DNA of 63,809 bases, counting the filler, from Hausera hauseri (Eukaryota): NCBI GenBank assembly GCA_046269625.1. It is 10 parts of 10 records of this genome, joined end to end, with 100 filler letters (N's around TTAATTAATTAA, not from the genome) between each part and the next. Parts side by side here need not be neighbours in the genome. Positions count along the whole stretch, not along the records: positions 11,685 to 17,061 come from JBJURY010267508.1; positions 17,162 to 26,652 come from JBJURY010358820.1; 8 more parts are not named here. One strand, given 5' to 3'. Every line of letters starts with the position of its first letter. Within the stretch, counting starts at the first letter, position 1. Made by a program: the position numbers and the translations under genes. The notes beneath the pieces are model-generated. The model worked only from the letters and a program-made list of their open reading frames with translations. It was not told where the DNA came from and searched no databases. This document shows positions 13,405 through 26,300 of this stretch, in pieces.

Positions 13405-15559
13405 CTGAAATTAATAACATTTTAATAATTTCCCTATAATTTGTTTTAATAATTTGGCCTTTATTCGTAAAATACTTCATACTCAGAACAACAGATTTCT
13501 TGATTCCCGCAAATTGTTGGGTAAATATTATAATTAGCTACCGCGTATCGTTTTCTCCAAATTGCAGTAATCAATTTGTTTTAAATCAATATTTCTGAGT
13601 AGTGCTTTCTTCTTTTACCATTTTTCTGTCTGCCATCGTCTAGCCATTTTCTTTCCTCAGATCTTTCCACACTTTAATAAGGAGAGTTACGATTGTCAAC
13701 TGTGGCCTAGTATGTCGGACATATATTTGGAGTTATAGCATCGGAGTCTGGCTGCTCTATCCGCTTTGACCTTAGTCTATGAGTAGATTCTCTTCTCCGT
13801 AGGTTCAACTAGGTCGCCTGTATCTGGCTGATCGAGTCAGTGTCATATCACACCCTTTATCGAAATCGGTATTACAGCAATTTAGGAACGTTAACACCAT
13901 TCATACCGACGGGTACTGATTTCTGTCATTTAAAAGTTGCTATCAACACGAGATTATACAACTGGTACAACTATTCTTCACTCAGAAATATGTACCAATA
14001 TTAACACCATCGGCTCCGCTGACATTATTAAGAAGGAGAATCGAGAATTTTTGATAATAAAATTTTATTAATACTACAAACTACGCAATCTTTAAGCGGC
14101 CTTCTTTTCGTTGCTTAAATGTGCGTACGGAGGATAAGTTATTAATTCAAATAAATTAAAATCTTCTTTACCGGTGTTGTTTGCCTTCCATTTGCATTAT
14201 TCATTTATTCGTATTCCAATTCGCCTATGAAGCAGTGATCAATGTAGTATAATTCGTGGACGTTCAATATCAGTCTTGAATAAGAGTTCAAATGTTGTTC
14301 AGTCGTTAACAGCTGTTTAATTGCTAACTTCTGTGGTCACGAAATTCGTATGTTACCGTTGACCTTCCAAATCCGTTATCTAAACCAGTCGGTAAACCAA
14401 TGGCCTAGGAGCAGGAATATTGTTATGTGCTGGTACAATCGTAAGATTATACTTCGAGGAATTTTTCATAAGAGTTGAAGTCGTAAAAAAATTGTTTGAC
14501 TTTGGCTAGCGATGGCTTATATATCGTCCCATTTAAATAATTGGACTTTCAAATCAGCCTTCGGGATTTTCCAAATTTTAATAGCTGTCTGGTGGAAATT
14601 ATGGGTTTTAGAAAATTAAATTGATCATGAGTATCATCATCGGTGTGTGATTATTTCAATTCAATTCCGGAAATTATCGGGTAATACTGATCGATCTAAA
14701 AAGAAAATAAATAAATCTAAAAGCAAAGTAAATATACTCAAATGAATTACTTACTGTGAACTGCTCCTGCCTGCAATTAATCCGAACTGCTCCTATCTGA
14801 AAAAAAACAATAATAAAAACATAAAGTGATTAGAATTCACTTACCGTAATTGATCGACAAACAATTTTAATGGTGGTTTGATTGTGAGGTTGACTTTGGT
14901 AGAATTTCGTTTGCTTTGTACAATTAAAGGTGATAGTATTAGACTATATATAGCTGATTGAACATAAAGGTTGTACACAAAGTGCTTCGATTGTATTTTA
15001 TGTTTATGAGTAAGCGTATCTTGATTTTGATATATTTTTATCACGGTTATCATTTAAGTGTATTATTATAATTATAATTTGTGATCATTGTCTTATCTTA
15101 TTTCTTAAGTAAACCAAAGTAAGTAAGTAATTGATGTGGATCCTCTACCGTCCAGGTCGAACCAACCTGACGGAAACCTCTAAGTAATTTGAGTGCTAAA
15201 TAAAACATTAAGGTCAATTCAATAAATCCAAGCCCCACAGGCGACTATTGCCCAACATACCACCTATAAGCTAGTGTTAGGTAAGATTAACATCTCTATC
15301 ACCTCCTCATCTGAGTAACAATACCTCACTAACTACGTAACCTTGTTCTCTCCACTAATTTGATTAACGTTTTATTAATAAGTCTCTCCCAGCGCAAATT
15401 GGTGAAGATTGAACAATTTCCATGCTTCGATTGAATGTATATTAAAGCAGTATTTACAGAAAAAGGTATAATTTTTGTTGCTATTTGGTTGCAATAATAT
15501 AATTTTCTACATCTTTTTGTCATTTATTACATTGTACAAATTTATTCATTTTTGAATGA

Positions 15560-16536
15560 TAGATAAGCATCATGATATGACTTCTGTTTTGCTCTCAAAC
15601 ATCAAGATTTTGAAAGATGAAAGGTATACGCAATGTCCAATAGCCTAAAAACGGAACATTTCTCAAAATGTTGTTTCACGGACACTGTCTGGAAAACGTT
15701 CATCGAAATTCAACTCGGGAAGAGTTAAATGCTCATCTACCAGGTACGATCGGACCATAAGAATTGTCAAAAAGAATTCATTTATATCATCCCGGGAAAT
15801 TTAATCAACGTTGCCAGAAGAATATCAAGTTTCTTCTAGGACTATTCGCCGACGTCTGGTTGATGCAGAACTACATTCAAGGAAACCGGCTAAAAGCCAC
15901 TATTAAGTAAATTACAAAAGCGTAAACGTTTGATCTTCTGTCGAAAATACAAAGATTGGTCGCTCGAGCCGTGGAGAATCCTGCTTTCAACTCATGTCGT
16001 CCCTTGTGAAATCTGTCAAGCGACCTAAAGATCAACGTTATTCAACGCAATTTACTGTTCCAACAGTCAAACCCCCTGAATCCATAGTGGTTTGGCATGT
16101 TTTGAAGATAAAGGGAGAGGTTCAATCTGGTTTCTTCTTAAAAACGCCAAAATGAACTCATGAAAGTACAATGAATGTCTCACAGAAAAACTGACAGTAT
16201 GAAAATTTTCAGCACGATTCTGCATCAAGTCATGTGAGGAAGCGGTCTATGGCATGGTTTCGAGCAAATAATATTCAAATAAAAATCATGTGGAGAATTT
16301 ATGGATGGAATTGAAACAAAATGTAGCCTCTCAAAATCCCAAAAGTGCCACAGATTTACGCAGAATTATTGTGGAATCCTGGTACAGAGAAATTACTCCA
16401 GGCTATTGTAGAAAGCTTGCTGATTCATTACCAAGGCGTATTAAGTCAGTTTCATTGACGTTTCTGTATTTCATTATTTGTTAATTACAAATAAACGCCC
16501 TTTGTGGAAATTATGCTAATTTTTTGGCCACGAATG
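15560..16536 (+). mobile_element. Degenerate Tc1/mariner transposon (transposase pseudogene plus right terminal repeat)
   Basis: Fragments across frameshifts: VSSRTIRRRL, KRLIFCRKYKDW, TVPTVK...IVVW, FQHDSASSH, ENLWMELK...CRKLADSLPRRIKSV. It ends ...TTTTTGGCCACGAATG followed by TA. No left TIR was found. Confidence 0.85.
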
Positions 16537-16939
16537 TAAGTCATTTTTAATGAATTGATTGAATGTCATTTATAAAAGATCACTTGGTGTTATTGATATT
16601 TCGACAAAGTGGGAAATCATAAACAACCTTCTATTTATTCCATTCACTGCAAACAGAGGTTACGTGGAATCAGAAACAATTTGACGTTACATAGAGAGCA
16701 CAAATTGTAATTTAGTGACATTTTTTTATGAAATGGGAAATGAATGCCGTATGGTTCCATAGTACATCCAAGATTCGGAAACCGAAATGAACAATGTCGC
16801 AGTGGAAAAATGGACTTCTGTTCAGCTGTTGTACGTTACAAATAATATTTTGATAAAATCCGAACAGAAATTTAATGCAAATTCATCTTTTTATCTCGTA
16901 TCACTTTCTTAAAAACCGAACTTTTGTATGTGTGTAAGT

Positions 16940-17061
16940 CAGGGCTTCTTAAACTTTTTTCATTCACGACCCAATTTATGATTGCGAGTTTCTTGGCGAC
17001 CCCATTTATCATTGCGAGTTTCTTGGCGACCCCATTTATGATTGCGGGTTTCTTGGCGACC
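16940..17061 (+). mobile_element. hAT(Charlie)-like element end followed by a 30-bp tandem repeat
   Basis: CAGGGCTTCTTAAACTTTTT start, then about three copies of CGACCCATTTATGATTGCGAGTTTCTTGG running into the contig end. Confidence 0.55.
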
Positions 17062-17161
17062 NNNNNNNNNNNNNNNNNNNNNNNNNNNNNNNNNNNNNNN
17101 NNNNNTTAATTAATTAANNNNNNNNNNNNNNNNNNNNNNNNNNNNNNNNNNNNNNNNNNNN

Positions 17162-19560
17162 TCAACAGTTGGTTATTGTCTGTACGATTTGTCGTACTCG
17201 ACAGAACAAATTGGACCCGAACTTTCTTGATGCACACGCCAATCTCGGACATGTATTTATAGAAACAAAAATATTCGATAGAGTCGTTGCAGCGTATTAC
17301 AAAGCCCTATAATTGGATTCTGATAATCCCATTTTGCACGAGAACCTTGCATGTGTTTATTACGAAGAGACGGTACGACCTCGCCATCGATAGTTATAGC
17401 AAGGCAATGGAACTACAGCCGAATTTCCCAGACGCGTACTGTAACCTCGCCAATGCACTCACAAAAAAAGAAACGTCACGAAAGCTGAGAAATGCTACAA
17501 CACTGCTCTCAGACAAATCCGAATCACGCAGATTCATTGAACAGCTTGGCCAATATCAAGTGGGAGCAAGGGCTGAACGAGGAGGCTATAAATCCATACA
17601 AGAAAGCACTAGAAATCTACCAAGAATTCGCCGTTGCCCATTCCAATCTTGTCAGTATGTTGCAACTGCAAGGAAATTTACAGACAGCACTCAGTCACTA
17701 TCGTGAAGCTATACATATTTCCCCGAATTTCGCAGATGCTTACTCGAACATGGGTAACGCATTTAAAGAACTACAGGACCTCCCCAATGCACTCCAATGC
17801 TACCAACGGGCAATTCAAATCAAGCCAACATTTGCCGACGCTCATTCCAATTTGTGAAGTGTAAACAAGGACACTGGCAACATCAATGAGGCCATTACAT
17901 CGTACACGTCTGCACTCAAAATAAAGACCAATTACCCGGAGGCGTTTTGCAATTTGACCCATTGTCTGCAGATAGTGTATGACTGGGCAGATTATGATCT
18001 GCTTATGAAGAAATTGGTACGGATAATCCACAAGCAACTGGAGCAAAGGAGATTTCCATCGGTACATCCTCTTCATACTATGTGGCATCCTCTGACACCT
18101 CATCAGAGGAAGGGCATTGCTGAAAGTCATACAAACTGTACCTGGACAAAGTTGCTCCACTCCACAAGCCAAACTACATGTTTGACAAGCATTTTGGTGG
18201 AAAACGTTTGCGAATTGGCTACGTCAGTTCCGATTTTCATAGTCACCCAACAAGCCATCTGATGCAAAGTATTCCCGGAATGAACGATAGATCACGACTT
18301 GAGATTTTCTGCTACTCACTTACATCAGATGACGGTACATCATTCCGACAGAAAATTCAGATAAAGGCAGAATATTTTGTGGGTCTTACAGCAATACCAA
18401 ATAACGGCGATGCTGTCAATCGTATTCCCAATGATAAAGTGCACATTCTCGTCAACATGAACGGGTACAGGAAAGGTGTACCAAACGAAATATTTGCACT
18501 GAAGCCGGCACCAATTCAGGTCATGTGGTTGGGATACCCAGGAAAGGGTGGTGCTAGTTACATAGATTACATCATGACGGATAGTGTCACATCTTCAACT
18601 GAGTATGCCGATGATTATTCAGAAAAATTGGCATACATGTACTATACGTATTTCGTCGGTGATTACAAACAGATGTTCCCTCATCCTACTAACCAGGTTA
18701 TCCTCAAAATATGGGGTTACAATAGCAGATTCAATTTCATCAGTGCATGTGGGTCCAATATCGATCAGATATTTCGTCTGGGTTGTGTGCAGGACTGCAC
18801 ATCAGTTAGTTTTTCTGTTGTGATGTTGGATTCGTTTCATGAGATAAATGACATGATAACAAACAAACGTGAGGTGACAATGATCAACGGCATCACCGTC
18901 ATCAACGGCACGGCCACCACAGAGACCGTTGAGAAATTCGCTGGAGAGAAACATCCATCGAACATCATCATCACATCTAGAAAACATTATAATTTACCAG
19001 ACAATGAAGTCGTGTTCTGCAATTTCAATCAGCTGTATAAAATCGGCCCAGAAACACTTCGCATGTGGGTGAAAATACTCAAGAATCGTCCGCGATCCGT
19101 TCCATGATTGTTGCGATTTCCCGCTGCCAGCGAAACAAACGTGTTCAAGGCATTTTCAGATTTCGGTGTAAAAGATGCGCACTTGCGTTTAATTTTCAGT
19201 GACGTTGTACCAAAGGAGAAATATATGCGACGAGGACAAGCAGCTGACATTTGTCTGGACACTCCTTTATGTAATGGACACACGACAGGAATGGATATTT
19301 TGTGGTCTGGTTGTTTAATGGTCACGTTGCCGGGGAGACATTGGCTAGTCAAGTGGCTTCCAACTAGATGAACACCCTCGGTTGTCCAGAAATGATAGCA
19401 GAGACAGAGGACGAGTATGTCAGTATTGCAGTAAGACTGGGTACTGACCCGAAATTACTGGAATCTGTCAGGAATAAGATATACACGCAGTATGGAAAGT
19501 TTATATATGGAGATCTCGCGGGATGCTGATAATAAAAAACAATCACAGAAAATTACTTGA
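17162..19560 (+). pseudogene. OGT: O-GlcNAc transferase pseudogene (TPR array plus catalytic domain), no introns seen, several frameshifts and stops
   Basis: TPRs ([26 protein letters not shown]), [83 protein letters not shown]-terminal YTRSMESLYME follows a short deletion. Confidence 0.95.
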
Positions 19561-19569
19561 ATAGCAGAA

Positions 19570-19830
19570 GTAATGGCATATTCACAATTGAAAATTATTC
19601 TTATCAGTGCTACTATTGATGTCGAAATGTTCAAAGACTTCTTTCCTTTAGTTTTCCTTCTTGAAGCTGAAGATCGAGCACATCATCTCGGCTATAATTT
19701 CCTCGAGAATGCTATTGAAATGTCGAATTATCAGCCCCGTGATTCAGCAAAAAAGAAAAAATCGAAAAATTACGACGGAGATCAGGAAAGCACTGTTAGC
19801 GATACTGATGAGCTCGATGTAGATTATTAA
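19570..19830 (+). pseudogene. DHX9: Internal fragment of a DEAH-box RNA helicase A (DHX9/maleless-like), motif III region
   Basis: AYSQLKIILISATIDVEMFKDFF...FLENAIEMSNYQP..KKKK matches the DHX9 pattern AYP.VRIVLMSATIDTSMF.EYF...FLED.IQM..F.P..KKKK. Motifs I, II and IV-VI are absent. Confidence 0.75.
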
Positions 19831-20098
19831 TTCCCTAATAACAATTCATCCTCGGCTATCGAAGGAATTGAGCATCTCTGTTCCAGTGCATCCGATAAAG
19901 AGACTGAGTAATTCATCCAAAGGTAGTCCAACTGTTGTTGCAATACATATTAAATTTTATATGAATATTTTGATCAAATTTGCCTATAAAAACTATTTTG
20001 TTCATTCCTCGCAGTTGAAATCATTTGTAAGCATGCCCAGTAAAGCCCAGCAATTTGCCTCTACAGCTAACGACTACGATGAACAGCCAGAGGGGTCA

Positions 20099-23000
20099 TC
20101 GGTCACCCCGAAATTTGGGACTCGCCGCGACGAGGCTGAGGTTCCGGCCGTCCACCCTGCGCCAGTGGGTCAGATGGCGCATTTCGCTTCAGCCCCGCAA
20201 CATGCCTCCGTGCGCACTACTTCTCTCTTCATCTTTCTTTTTCTAAATAATAAACATACATACATACATAACATTGCATTTACACACTGCAACCATTCAT
20301 AACTTCATCTCTATTTTACTCCACTCCTCTGATTTCTACCTTACACAAAGGATCTTTAGTACCCCTCGCTGGAACTCTACAATCTTCATCAACCCACATC
20401 TGTCTTCACATTCACTTCCGTATCCGTGGTAGCATGGATTCGTCATCCGCAATTGACACCACGGACAAACTCATTAAACAACAGATCCCAATCATTCATT
20501 TGCTCAAACAGCGCTTCCAACACCCCTACACAACATCCTTATCACTCATTCACCTTGCACTGAATATTTTCTCGATAGCTAAAACTCTGCTCAAACTTAA
20601 CTAAAACTGCACCAATTTTGACTCCAATTGCAAAACGTCGTCGACTCTTTAGCCAACGCCAACAGCCTTTTTCCACTTACCAGCTTCCATCAAAACTAAA
20701 ATCACAAATATAATCAATATTCTTCAGCACGCTGACCCATATACCCAACTTTATAATGCCGTTCTCATGCTTACTGAGCCTTTAATCTATTCAAGCATTC
20801 AAAGGTTCTTTAACGACAACGCCATGGGCCTTTAGAAGCCTTCTGAATTCTTACGCACATCCTTATCTCACCTCAACACCCTTGGCGTAACCTCTGAACA
20901 CAGTCCCGAGCTTCTTCGTCGATATTTCTTAAATGCATTTCCCCTTCAAATAAGAGCTTTGCTAACTGTGGTTGAAGACTCCACGGCTTTTGACACGCTA
21001 GCCGAACTGGCAGACAAGGCATACGAAGTACTGCATTTACATGTAGCACCAACTATATCTGCAGCGTCGACAACAGATCAACAACAACAAAATCCAAAGC
21101 TGCAGCAACAAATTGCGCAATTACGCACATAAAATAAAACATTGAAAAAAACAATCAACAGTATTAACGACAAACTAAACGCATTAACACTACCTGGACG
21201 GGATTTTTTAGGCCTGCTTCCCCTAATGTATTTAGTCAACGTCGAAGACGGTCGCCTTTGCACGCGCGGTCATTAATTTACTATTATCAGAGCAAATTTC
21301 GTAACAATGCTCAAAAGTGCTGCACCGGTTGTAAATTTTATTTCCCTAATTTCAATACAAGTAACATCTTTTGCATCTACCACTCAAAATTTGTCACAAA
21401 AGCACAAAAATGCCTACCTTTCTATACCTACAGCACACACAATAAGACCAACACTAATAATTTCACACAAAACAGTAGACCAAACTCACCAGCTCCAAAA
21501 AACTAATTTCGCCGCTAGTACACACGGCAAGTCCTAGCAAAGGCAACAACCTGCAAAAACATAGCCGACACATTTCTTTTGCTGTATTCATGTTGGAAGC
21601 AGCAGTCGTCACTCGAACAAAGCAAAACATTAACTTTCTTATAGACATCGGCACAGCAATCTCTCTACTGCCACCAATCACAACACATTCAACACAATTA
21701 CAATTCACAAAAGCAACTATTCACTGAGCTCGGTGAACCCTTACAAATTTTTGGAGTCACCACTTTGACTTTCACCCTCCCACACTTTACAAACATTCAC
21801 ATGAAAATTTACAATAGCTAATGTACACACACCTATATTGGGTTCAGACTTTCTGTCCCACTACAATTTACTTGTAGATTGCAAACAATGTTCCTTAAAG
21901 AGCGGAAATAATCTTAATCAAATCAGCAGCATTTCTATGACCACCCCGGCGATCGCGTCCAGTAAGTCAATAGTAAGGAAAACGACTACCGATTTAAATT
22001 ATTTTTATAATCATTTATTATATAGAAATTTTTATTACGGTGACAAATGCGATATGCCAACTGCGTGGCACCTATTGCTAATAGTACAGCTGCCAACATT
22101 ATCTTCAACACGAACATCATGCACCAAATACCACCCAGTCACAACGGCTTGTCTACAACTCATACCTCAACTGCATCCAGTCACGATGCATCGAGACCAT
22201 CGGATAATTTGTCATCATTGCCTTCTGATCTACAGCAATACATTTCTTCCTCTTGCACGCGTCTGTTGCAAAAGGACAAATCATTTGTACCACCTCAATC
22301 CACCTTTCATCACATAGTAACAGCACATCAAAAATCAATACGGCAAAAGGTCCGTCCGCTATCACTTCGTCGCAGAGAGGCAGTGGAGGCGGAGTTTCTC
22401 GACATTAAAAAATCAGGCATAATTCGAAGATCCAAATTCCTCTGGTCTTCACCACTGCATGTGGTTCCGAAAAAAGATGGCACCTTTCGCCCATGCGGTG
22501 ATTACCGCTAACTTAACACCATAACAACAATGGATGCCTACCTTCTACCATTAATCAACGACATCCTTTACAGGCTCCATGGTGCGACCATCTTTCCCTG
22601 CATTGATCTACACAAAGCATATCACCAAATTCCGGTGGCACCAGCAGACATTCCTAAAATGACTGTATTTACATTTTTCGGCCTTTTCAAATACCTCTTC
22701 ATGTCTTTTGGACTCTGTAGCGCGTCTCAGACCTTCCAAAGTCATATCGATACGGTCCTATCAGGCTTAGACTTTGCCTATCCCTACATCGATGACATGT
22801 TAATCGCATCATCTTCCTCAAACAATACTCTGAACACTTACGCTTAATCTTCCAGCGCTTACACCAACACAATCTGCAAATCAATTTCTCTAAATGCTCC
22901 TTTTTTAAACATAAGGTCAATTTCCTAGGACATGTCATTAGCTCCTCTGGACATTCACCTCAGCCGGACCGCGTCACTCAGCTCAAAAACGTACAACTAC

Positions 23001-26000
23001 CACGTACATCCACAGAGATGCGTTCTTTCCTCGGAAACTTGCATTTTATTCATAAGCACGTTCCGCACTGTTCCTCTTTAACCGCTCCATTTGCATCACT
23101 AAGCTTTGGCAAGAAAAAACAGCCTATTCAGTGGACCGCCAATTTAGTCAATGCTTTTGATCTTCTCAAAGACAATTTGAAAACTGTGGAAATCCTGGCC
23201 TATCTAGACTCCCATGCAGAACTTTTCTTAACCACCGACGCATCCACAACAGCTGTAGGTGCTGTCCTCCATCAAGTCAAAAATGGATCCCATGAGCCAT
23301 TGGAATTCTTTTCGCGAAAATTCAGAGCACAAGAGCAAAGATATTCTACTTTTGACAGAGACTTGCTTGCAATGGTCCTTGACGTAAAACACTTCAAACA
23401 TTTGCTAACTGCACGAACTTTCACAATACAAACGGGCCACAAGCCCTTGCTCCAAATTCTCACCACGAAATCGTCTTCTCCACGTCAGGAGAGGCAAATA
23501 TCGTATTAGTCAACGTTTAATTTTGTAATTAAGCACTTAAACGGAGTCGACAATTTAGTAGCTGACTTTTTGTCCAAATCAATCAGCTCGATTGATTTTG
23601 CACCAATTTTTCCTCAATCCAAACTTCAGCAAAAACAGCCACCTCCTGATATCCTTAAATTTTTTAAATCTTGCAAAACCATCGATGGTGTGGCCTTTGA
23701 TATCTCCAAACCCTATAATCCCAAAATCATTCTTTCTGAGTCGCTTCAAATGAAGCGTTCCACAGCGTACATTCGCTGCATCATCCCGGTATCAAGGCCA
23801 CTTTTCGACTCTTACAACGCCAAGGAGTATGGCGGTTGATGCGCTGTGACGTGCAGGCATGGGTTAGGCAGTGTGTGGCATGCCAAAAATACAAAGTTAC
23901 TAAGCACCTAAAGCCACCGCTGTTTCATTTTCCCTGCACGTCTCGTTTCGAATCTGTTCACATTAACCTTGTAGGCCCATTAACCCTTAGATAACGGCCA
24001 TCAGTTCATCCTCACAATGATGGACCGTTCCTCGCGATGGCCAGAAACCGTCCCGTTTCAGAGCACCAACACAGAAACCATCGGAGAAGTTTTCATTCGC
24101 ACTTTGATCAGCAGGTTTGGATCACCTCACCACATCATTTCGGATCAAGGCCCACAGTTTGAATCCAACCTGTTTAAAGCTCTTGTCAATCGATTGGGAA
24201 TTAACCACATTTACACGTCACCATATAATTCCCAATCGAATATCATCCCCAATACGTTTTCTCGAACGCTTTCACCGAACAATGAAAACCTCTCTCAAAA
24301 TTCTTACTGAGTCCAATGGCAGTTGGACTACACTTCTTCCGTACGTTCTGCTTGGCTGGTGGAACACACCATCTACTTCTACAGGCTGTTTACCTGCAGA
24401 AGCATTATTCGGCACTTCCATTAGATCATTACTCGACTGACTGAGCTGGACAATACTCTTACAGACGAAACTATACAAGCGGCACAGAGACACTTCGGTG
24501 AGATCAGAAAAGACTCATTGTGCGGATTTTTACTCTAATTCACATTGAAATAACGAAGATAAACGATTAAATGAACCCATAAACAGTAAAATCTAAGATC
24601 TTGATAAAACAGACTGTATTTATTTCTTAAGATTCAAAAAAACTAATTTAATAAAACGATCCAATCAATTATTTATCACTATATTATTTCAACACATTTT
24701 ACGACAATGCAGTTTACGACAAAATCCAATTTGAGACCACTTTAGAATTCAATTTTGTGGTGAGAATATAGTAAACGTGACAAATGATGTATCCATATAG
24801 TTTGGGTTAATTTGATAGGAGATTTGATAGATCGCAATTTGCGCTTAAAGTTGAGATCTCGTCTGAAAAATTGGAGATTGACGAGCAACTATCCCAGTGA
24901 GGAAACCGAGCGCACCCACGGCCAACGGTACCACAGTTACACGCAAATAAGCCCTATATACTCGACGATTTATATATTGCCAAGTTCGTTTGGTTAAAGT
25001 ATCAGATGCCGTGTGGCTTTCAACCTCAGTATGTCGGCCCTTACAAAGTAATTCGCTTACAATCCCATAACATCATCATTCTCAAAGACGAGAAAGAAGT
25101 AACCGTTCACATCAATAATACTAAACCGGCCTTCTTCATCGACGACATGTCTCCCATCGAAACTACTTCTCCACCAACATCTTTATACGACGCGCAGCAA
25201 TCCAACAATTCACCTTCCATCTCTGCTCAGTTCTTTAACCCACTTTCTCCTACGTTTTCTCCCAAGGCTTCTACTTCAATTTTTTCTGACAGTTCATCCC
25301 AATTTTCCCCATCCGATTTTGCACCTTCAAGCATTTTAACACCTCCTTCATCCCCTGGTGACAACCTGCTTTCTCCTCTTACAAGACCTCCTCCTCCAAA
25401 CACCACTTCGACTTTACCAATCTCTTCATCTACCCTTTCATCATTCCATACTCTTGCATCCCACCTTTCAAATACTTTCCTTCGCCTTTTCCATTTTTTT
25501 GCTCTCTTCCGTTTTGTCCCTCTTTGCCGTTTTCTCTCTCTCTCTCTCATTCTCCTTCCACACCTTCCTCATCTTCCGTGCTTTCTTTCGCCCTTTCACC
25601 TCACAAATCGTCTTTAATCCCTTTCATTTCCGCTTCGCAACTTCCTCTTCTTTTACTTCTATTCCTATCTCTATTCCTCTTTCTACTGCTACCTCTGTTT
25701 TATTTTCCACTTCCACTCCAACTTCTACTCCAACATTCGTCTCTCTTCCTTCATCCGCCACTACACCTTTTGTCATTCCTTCGTCTTTTAACACTCTCTT
25801 GAATACCTTTAACCATCCGTCTTCAACAATTTCGCTTCCTCCTTCACCTTCTCCTTCTCTTTATTCTGACTCATCTTCGCACGACACAACACTCACAACA
25901 AAATCCGACAATTTCTTTCCCCAACTTCAAACTCTGCAAACAAACACACCGCATGAAGACAAAACATGCAGTGATATTTAGCAAGTATAGCAGGGAAACA

Positions 26001-26300
26001 TTAGTAGAGGGCACCCAACGCCTTGTTCACACTAAGACCAGCTGACACACTTTTTCATTTAGCGCTTGTTTCTTTCCATCCTTTTTAATCTTTATAGTTT
26101 TCGCTTTGCTATGGGGGGTGATGAGGTGCCCACAGCGGCTGGTGCCCTTTGACCCATTTGGTTGGGCACGGCCGGGCCTTCGTTTCCGCCGCGTCGGGCC
26201 CATAGGCGAGCCCCGGTCTTCCGACTCGAGGATTTAAGCAACATCTACAGTTTAACCAGTTGCTGGAGATACTACTGGCAGGCTAAAAATGAATACAGGT
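20099..26300 (+). mobile_element. Decayed Ty3/gypsy LTR retrotransposon, CsRN1/Boudicca-like (gag, PR, RT, RH, IN, 3' LTR)
   Basis: PBS-like CGGTCACCCCG at 20100-20110, resembling the tRNA-Trp PBS TGGTGACCCCG. Gag KPSEFL...LAELADK with CHCC-type knuckles. PR FLIDIG, RT WSSPLHVVPKKDGTFRPCGDYR and YIDD, RH TDAS, IN SRWPE and SDQGPQFES. PPT GGGGGG at 26113-26118, then a GC-rich LTR. The LTR end is approximate. Confidence 0.93.
21497..21537 (+). promoter_or_regulatory. Putative -1 programmed ribosomal frameshift signal (gag to pol)
   Basis: A AAA AAC (21497-21503) lies directly before the gag stop, and the -1 frame is open into the protease. A 7-nt spacer precedes potential pseudoknot stems GCCG/CGGC and CTAG/CTAG. 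Confidence 0.7.

Noticed and set aside
14270-14695. Protein-like minus frame broken mainly by TAA/TAG, suggesting a TAR=Gln genetic code
   Set aside because: TGA stops and frameshifts also occur, and EPRS, LNX and gag end in TAA/TAG normally. Pseudogene decay is simpler.
15132-15328. Possible solo LTR with hairpin CCGTCCAGGT/ACCTGACGG
   Set aside because: No convincing TSD and no second copy in the window.
25227-25981. Arg/Glu-rich antisense and Phe/Leu/Ser-rich ORFs as an env or extra gene
   Set aside because: By-products of the CT-rich low-complexity integrase tail.
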